A stretch of DNA of 64,000 nucleotides. It comes from Nostoc sp. DedSLP01 (GTDB lineage: Bacteria > Cyanobacteriota > Cyanobacteriia > Cyanobacteriales > Nostocaceae). Positions 59,679-64,000 of this stretch are shown piece by piece. Numbering within the stretch: position 1 is the stretch's first letter; each line of letters opens with the position of its first letter. The notes under the pieces were generated by a model. That model did no database searches and was not told the origin of the DNA. It saw only the letters and a list, made by a program, of their open reading frames with translations. The stretch lies in contig JAVRCJ020000002.1 of assembly GCA_034530875.2 (NCBI GenBank), positions 320,001-384,000 of the forward strand, given 5' to 3'. Made by a program: the position numbers and the translations under genes.

Positions 59679-61772
59679 CTAGGCTAGCTCAAATGCACCA
59701 ATATCTACTTTTTTACCAGAGATGCGACGGAAACCAATACCCCGTTGGTCGAATGGAATTGGCTCGGTAGTATTACCATCGCTATCTAAATCTGTAGTAT
59801 CGCTAGGTACGTCTTGATTTCTGCCGCTATTGATAGCAGGGCTACCAGCAACTAGGGCATGGGTTTTGACTAAACCACCGTTGTTTTTTAACTTGAGATC
59901 GATAACTTTGGCGATCGCAACTTTTAACTCTTCGCTACTATTAAAGCCTGTACTGCCACTGCGACGTCCAATCAGGTTATAGCCGTTGCTGGCGAACTTA
60001 CCTACGACATCTGGATTGATGGGGTTAGTTGCAGACTTGTTATTGCCAGCAATGATGCTGTTTTTAATCTTGGCAGTACCTTTGAGATTGTAGATGCCAC
60101 CACCTTTGTTATACTTGCCTTTTTCGCGATCGTAAGCGGTATTGAGGACAATAGTACTATTGCCCACAGTTATAGTGCCATCATTGTTATAAATACCACC
60201 ACCACCGTAGTATGCAGAGTTACCGCTGATGGTGCTGTTGTATAGCGTTACAGTACCATCATTGTTGTAGATGCCACCGCCAAAGCCTTCGTAGTAGTCG
60301 TAGCTGAAAGAGCCTATTGCTTTATTGCCACTAATCGTGGTGTTAATTAGCTTCAGAATCCCATCAGTATTGTAGATACCGCCACCATCAGATGTTACTT
60401 CATTGCCACTGATAATGCTAGCGATCGCTGTGAAGGTGTCACCATTGAATATACCGCCACCTCTGCCGTCAGAGAAGAAAGCTGTGCCGACATCGTTATC
60501 GCTAACAGTGCTGCTCTTTAAAGTAAAGACATTATTATTGTAGATACCGCCTCCGATATAAACTGCCTTGTTGCCGCTGATAATGCTGTTGGTAACACTC
60601 GCAGTACCATTGGTCTTCTCACCATACCCGAAGCCGTTGGCAATACCACCACCGTAGTAACCTCCATCGTTATTACTAATGGTATCGTTGCTGAGAATGA
60701 GAGTGCCATTATTGTAAATACCACCACCGGAGCTGTTGGATTCGCCACCTGCTACGTTGTCGCTGATGGTGCTGCCGATTACTGTTGCACTGGCAACGTT
60801 ATAGATACCGCCGCCATAGCTGGCATTATTACCACGGATATTAGCGTTCCTGACGGTTAGCGTACCTTGATTGTAAATACCGCCACCAAAATATCCAGTA
60901 TTGTTACTAATGGTGCTGTTTCTGACTGTCAGGGTGCCATCGTTGTAGATACCACCGCCACCTACTTCAAACGAGGTATCGTCTGCATTATTGTTAGTGA
61001 TGGTAGTGTAGCTAACAGTTAGGATACCAGAGTTGTAAATACCACCACCTGATGCTTGGTCTGCATGATTGCTGGTGATGCTGCTGTTATTGACATCAAT
61101 AGTACCAAAGGTAGTATTGTAGATACCGCCGCCTGAACTGGGGTAGTAGTTGTTATTGTCGTAGTTAGCTACCTCATTGCCACTAATGGTACTGTAGTTC
61201 ACAGTCAAGTTGCCGTCGTTGTAAATCCCAGCGCCGTCATATATTGCATTGTTGCTACTGATGGTGCTGTTATTGACTGTTAAAGTGCCACTGTTGTAGA
61301 TCCCGCCTCCCCTTTCGTTTGCATCGTTACCAATAATCTTGCTGCTATTGAGTGTGAGGTTACCAGAGTTGTAGATACCGCCGCCGTTATCGGCAGTGTT
61401 GCCAATAACATTACTGTTGCTTAAGGTGAGGACACCACTATTGGAAATAGCACCACCGCCTCCTTCGCTACTGTAGCTATTGGTAATAGTTAGCCCGTTG
61501 ATAGCAGCACTAACACCATTACGAATGTCAAAAACACGAGAAGCAGCATTTTTTATAATGCTTAGTAAGCTGGCATCTGTACCTTGAATGGTAAGATTAT
61601 CTTTGATAGTCAAGCTACTACCAGTCAAATTGATGGTATCAGCGATCGCATCATTAAACAGTCCGCCAAATTTGATAATGTCTCTTCCTGTAAGGGCATT
61701 GGCATCTGAAATTGCCTGCCGCAGCGAACCAGCACCACTGTTGTTAGTGTTAGTAACGGTAAATGTAGCCAT
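59679..61772 (-). CDS. Secreted/surface beta-helix repeat protein with choice-of-anchor Q-like C-terminus
   Basis: N-terminal VTNTNNSGAGSLRQAI, many GGGIYN repeats, C-terminal NGG..THAL..SPAI..G...DQRG..R...DIGAFE. Confidence 0.85.
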   Translation of the reverse strand: MATFTVTNTNNSGAGSLRQAISDANALTGRDIIKFGGLFNDAIADTINLTGSSLTIKDNLTIQGTDASLLSIIKNAASRVFDIRNGVSAAINGLTITNSYSSEGGGGAISNSGVLTLSNSNVIGNTADNGGGIYNSGNLTLNSSKIIGNDANERGGGIYNSGTLTVNNSTISSNNAIYDGAGIYNDGNLTVNYSTISGNEVANYDNNNYYPSSGGGIYNTTFGTIDVNNSSITSNHADQASGGGIYNSGILTVSYTTITNNNADDTSFEVGGGGIYNDGTLTVRNSTISNNTGYFGGGIYNQGTLTVRNANIRGNNASYGGGIYNVASATVIGSTISDNVAGGESNSSGGGIYNNGTLILSNDTISNNDGGYYGGGIANGFGYGEKTNGTASVTNSIISGNKAVYIGGGIYNNNVFTLKSSTVSDNDVGTAFFSDGRGGGIFNGDTFTAIASIISGNEVTSDGGGIYNTDGILKLINTTISGNKAIGSFSYDYYEGFGGGIYNNDGTVTLYNSTISGNSAYYGGGGIYNNDGTITVGNSTIVLNTAYDREKGKYNKGGGIYNLKGTAKIKNSIIAGNNKSATNPINPDVVGKFASNGYNLIGRRSGSTGFNSSEELKVAIAKVIDLKLKNNGGLVKTHALVAGSPAINSGRNQDVPSDTTDLDSDGNTTEPIPFDQRGIGFRRISGKKVDIGAFELA

Positions 61773-62607
61773 GCAAATGACTCCTGTTGTTATCAGGTTT
61801 ATGAAGATTGAACTTAAGGCTAGTGCTTGTACTGCTACGAGTCTTGGTAATTTATTTTATTGCTCGGTGGTATTGAAAAATGAGTTTTTTTCAAACAGCA
61901 TCAATTTTGACAGTTGCTGTAACATCCACTGTCAAGGAAAGTGAACTACGCGATCTCAGTCTCAAACTCTGACGTAAAGCTGTTTTAGGTCAGAATTGCA
62001 ACTTCTGAAGTCTGCCTGTATGTCTTGGAAAAAGCGATGCCTGCGGCGAGTTATGCTAAATGTTCGGGACATGAGGTTAAGTTTTAGCAAAACCCAAAAT
62101 AGAGTTAAGTTCTGCTATAACTCAAACCTAAGTATTTAGTTTTATAGCTAAGTCTACAGGGAATTAGTGTGTCGCAGGGTAAAAAAATATACAAATAAGC
62201 TTGAATTCATATAGCTTACTAGGAATAAGTATATACAAATACAAAAATTTCTATTAAAATTTAAGGAGAGTTTATATTAACTTCATATTTGAGAAACTTT
62301 TATAAAGATAGTATAAAGTAAAGCGTCACTTCCCTTACGTAATGGTTTAGCTAGATTGCAAAATTTTCTCTGGGCTTGACAGGTGCAAAGAAATAAATTT
62401 ACAGACTTTTAGCTAAATTCAAGTAAATCTGACTAGAACAGAGCCATTATATTGGTCAAAAACCGTAAAATTTACTATAATAAATATATACCGTTAGTAA
62501 ACTTACTTAAGTATAAAACTGCTCTGTGACAGCCTTTGGGAAAATGGATTCCAGGGTTAGTTTTTTGCTTAAAGATTAAATTCTTGACCTTAGAGGAAAA
62601 TTATTAG

Positions 62608-62979
62608 ATGATGCAACTGAGTCATTATCCAGCTGCGATCGCCCAAGCTGCTCAACGGGCTAATGAAATAGACTCTCAGTTGATGGCAGTGCAGCACCAG
62701 ATTAACCGATTTGAAGGGAATGCGGATCGGGTTGCCGCGTTTGAGATGGATTTGAAAAATGACGCTCAACGCAAGGCGCGTCGTTTTGAAGTGCTGCTTG
62801 TGAATCAGGAATATCAAAAGGCAATGGACACTTTCATCCGCTTAACTAGCGAAAAGGCAAATGCCATCGGCCATTTGGAATATCTGCGTAACCAGTTTAG
62901 CGTAGCAAAGTTAGAAGCTAGATTAGCGATCGCTCAACAACTCACTGATTTTGAATCTCGTGAATTAGTCGGTTTGTAG
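62608..62979 (+). CDS. Hypothetical coiled-coil protein
   Basis: Helical composition, LKNDAQRKA motif, GAGG upstream. Confidence 0.7.
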   Translation: MMQLSHYPAAIAQAAQRANEIDSQLMAVQHQINRFEGNADRVAAFEMDLKNDAQRKARRFEVLLVNQEYQKAMDTFIRLTSEKANAIGHLEYLRNQFSVAKLEARLAIAQQLTDFESRELVGL

Positions 62980-63239
62980 TCACACTCATAAACCAACACC
63001 CTTGGCTTTGTGGAAATTATCTGTTGGGGAAGGCTGTTTTTAAGCAGGGGAAGAGAAAAAAATCCTTGCGTCCCCGTGTCTCTAATAAGGTTCGGATAAG
63101 CAGGGGAAGCAGGGGAGGAATAATTATCTCCCTGCTTCTCTTCTCCCCCTGGTAAAGAACAGCCTGCCTCTAACCTCACGATATTGCCAGTGTCTGCGTG
63201 TAAATTTAAACGATAAGTCTTCAACCGGATAGGATACGA

Positions 63240-63998
63240 TCAGACAACTGCTAAGTTAGTTAAGTTACCTTTGTAGCCACTAATCTCAATCACAGCATCC
63301 GTAAGCGCAGAAAATCCATTAGTGTTATCGTTGAGTGCCAGAAAAGTCCGCTGATGATTGCCTGTACCAAGGGTAAAAGTTGCCGCACCTTTAGCTACAA
63401 AAGCAGTTGCAGTCAATATGTGTTGTACATCTGAGAGATTTAAACTCGCAACAGTGCCAAGTTGAACTAAATTAGCAGCGGTAACTGCATACAGCCCATC
63501 AATTTTATCTTCACCGATTTTCAAGTCAGTAATTCTATCAAAGCCAGATAACAGGGAATCACTCAGACTGTTGAATACAAATTTATCAGCGTCACAATCC
63601 CCTGTTAGGATATCACGCCCAGCGCCACCGTTGAGGATGTCATTACCTTTGCCACCAACTAGTTCATCATTTCCAGCTAATCCAAAAAGTTTATCGTTGC
63701 CGTTTTTGCCTGAAATTTTATCATTACCACCACCTCCAGTCAGTTTATCTGTACCGTTACCACCGTTTAAGGTTTTATTAGGTACATTTCCTTGTGTGAT
63801 GGTCTTGCTAATGAGTTGGCCATTGGCATTATATAAATAAGTGGCAACTGCATCAGTAGTGCCATTGCTGTTGATGTCAATATCTGCGGTAATTAGTTTA
63901 CCATTGGCATCGTAGTTGTAACTGGTAATCTCGTCAGCGATGCGATCGTTATTAAGGTCGGCTAGCTGTGCAGCTAGTCTGTTATTAACATCGTAACT
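63240..63998 (-). CDS. Partial (5' end outside window) secreted protein: YD-like/DxDxNG repeats, RTX Ca-binding nonapeptides, bluetail-like C-terminal domain
   Basis: The frame of ORF 63240..63524 stays open to the window edge. It reads YDANGKL..DINSNG, GGNGTDKLTGGGGNDKISGKNGNDKL..GGAGRDIL, then FDRITDLKIGEDKID..RTFLALND..GF. Confidence 0.8.
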   Translation of the reverse strand, partial: SYDVNNRLAAQLADLNNDRIADEITSYNYDANGKLITADIDINSNGTTDAVATYLYNANGQLISKTITQGNVPNKTLNGGNGTDKLTGGGGNDKISGKNGNDKLFGLAGNDELVGGKGNDILNGGAGRDILTGDCDADKFVFNSLSDSLLSGFDRITDLKIGEDKIDGLYAVTAANLVQLGTVASLNLSDVQHILTATAFVAKGAATFTLGTGNHQRTFLALNDNTNGFSALTDAVIEISGYKGNLTNLAVV

Positions 63999-64000
63999 GT

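Noticed and set aside
62034..62058. Degenerate HIP1-associated small dispersed repeat (GCGATGCCTGCGGCG...)
   Set aside because: Single, decayed copy in the window; cannot be supported without a genome-wide comparison.

Overview
64-kb chromosomal window from a heterocyst-forming cyanobacterium (Nostocales). Evidence: abundant HIP1 octamers (GCGATCGC), heptamer tandem repeats, and hepC/hepA. Layout: (1) 670-18442, an uncharacterised, visibly more GC-rich glycan locus with a GH-A/GT2 fusion (C-terminal part in a separate ORF), two ABC half-transporters, two hexapeptide acyltransferases, three paralogous GT-B-like proteins, three GT2 proteins sharing a ~95-aa C-terminal domain, and a MacA/MacB-like pair. 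(2) A PatA-type response regulator divergent from a vWA/PP2C/kinase-TPR (TerY-P/YegLKI-like) triad. (3) The heterocyst envelope polysaccharide (HEP) island, 25280-50691. (4) A Uma2 nuclease, a P-loop ATPase plus inactive-NTPase-like/TPR pair, ahcY, and an MscS channel with an apparent 192-bp in-frame insertion between HIP1-like repeats. (5) A small protein with a LexA box on its promoter and a beta-clamp-like motif, plus two surface proteins. Intergenic regions are rich in REP-like palindromes, MITE-like elements and nested ~46-nt structured repeats. No rRNA, tRNA, CRISPR array or transposase was seen. All family assignments come from motif recognition by eye, not from database searches.
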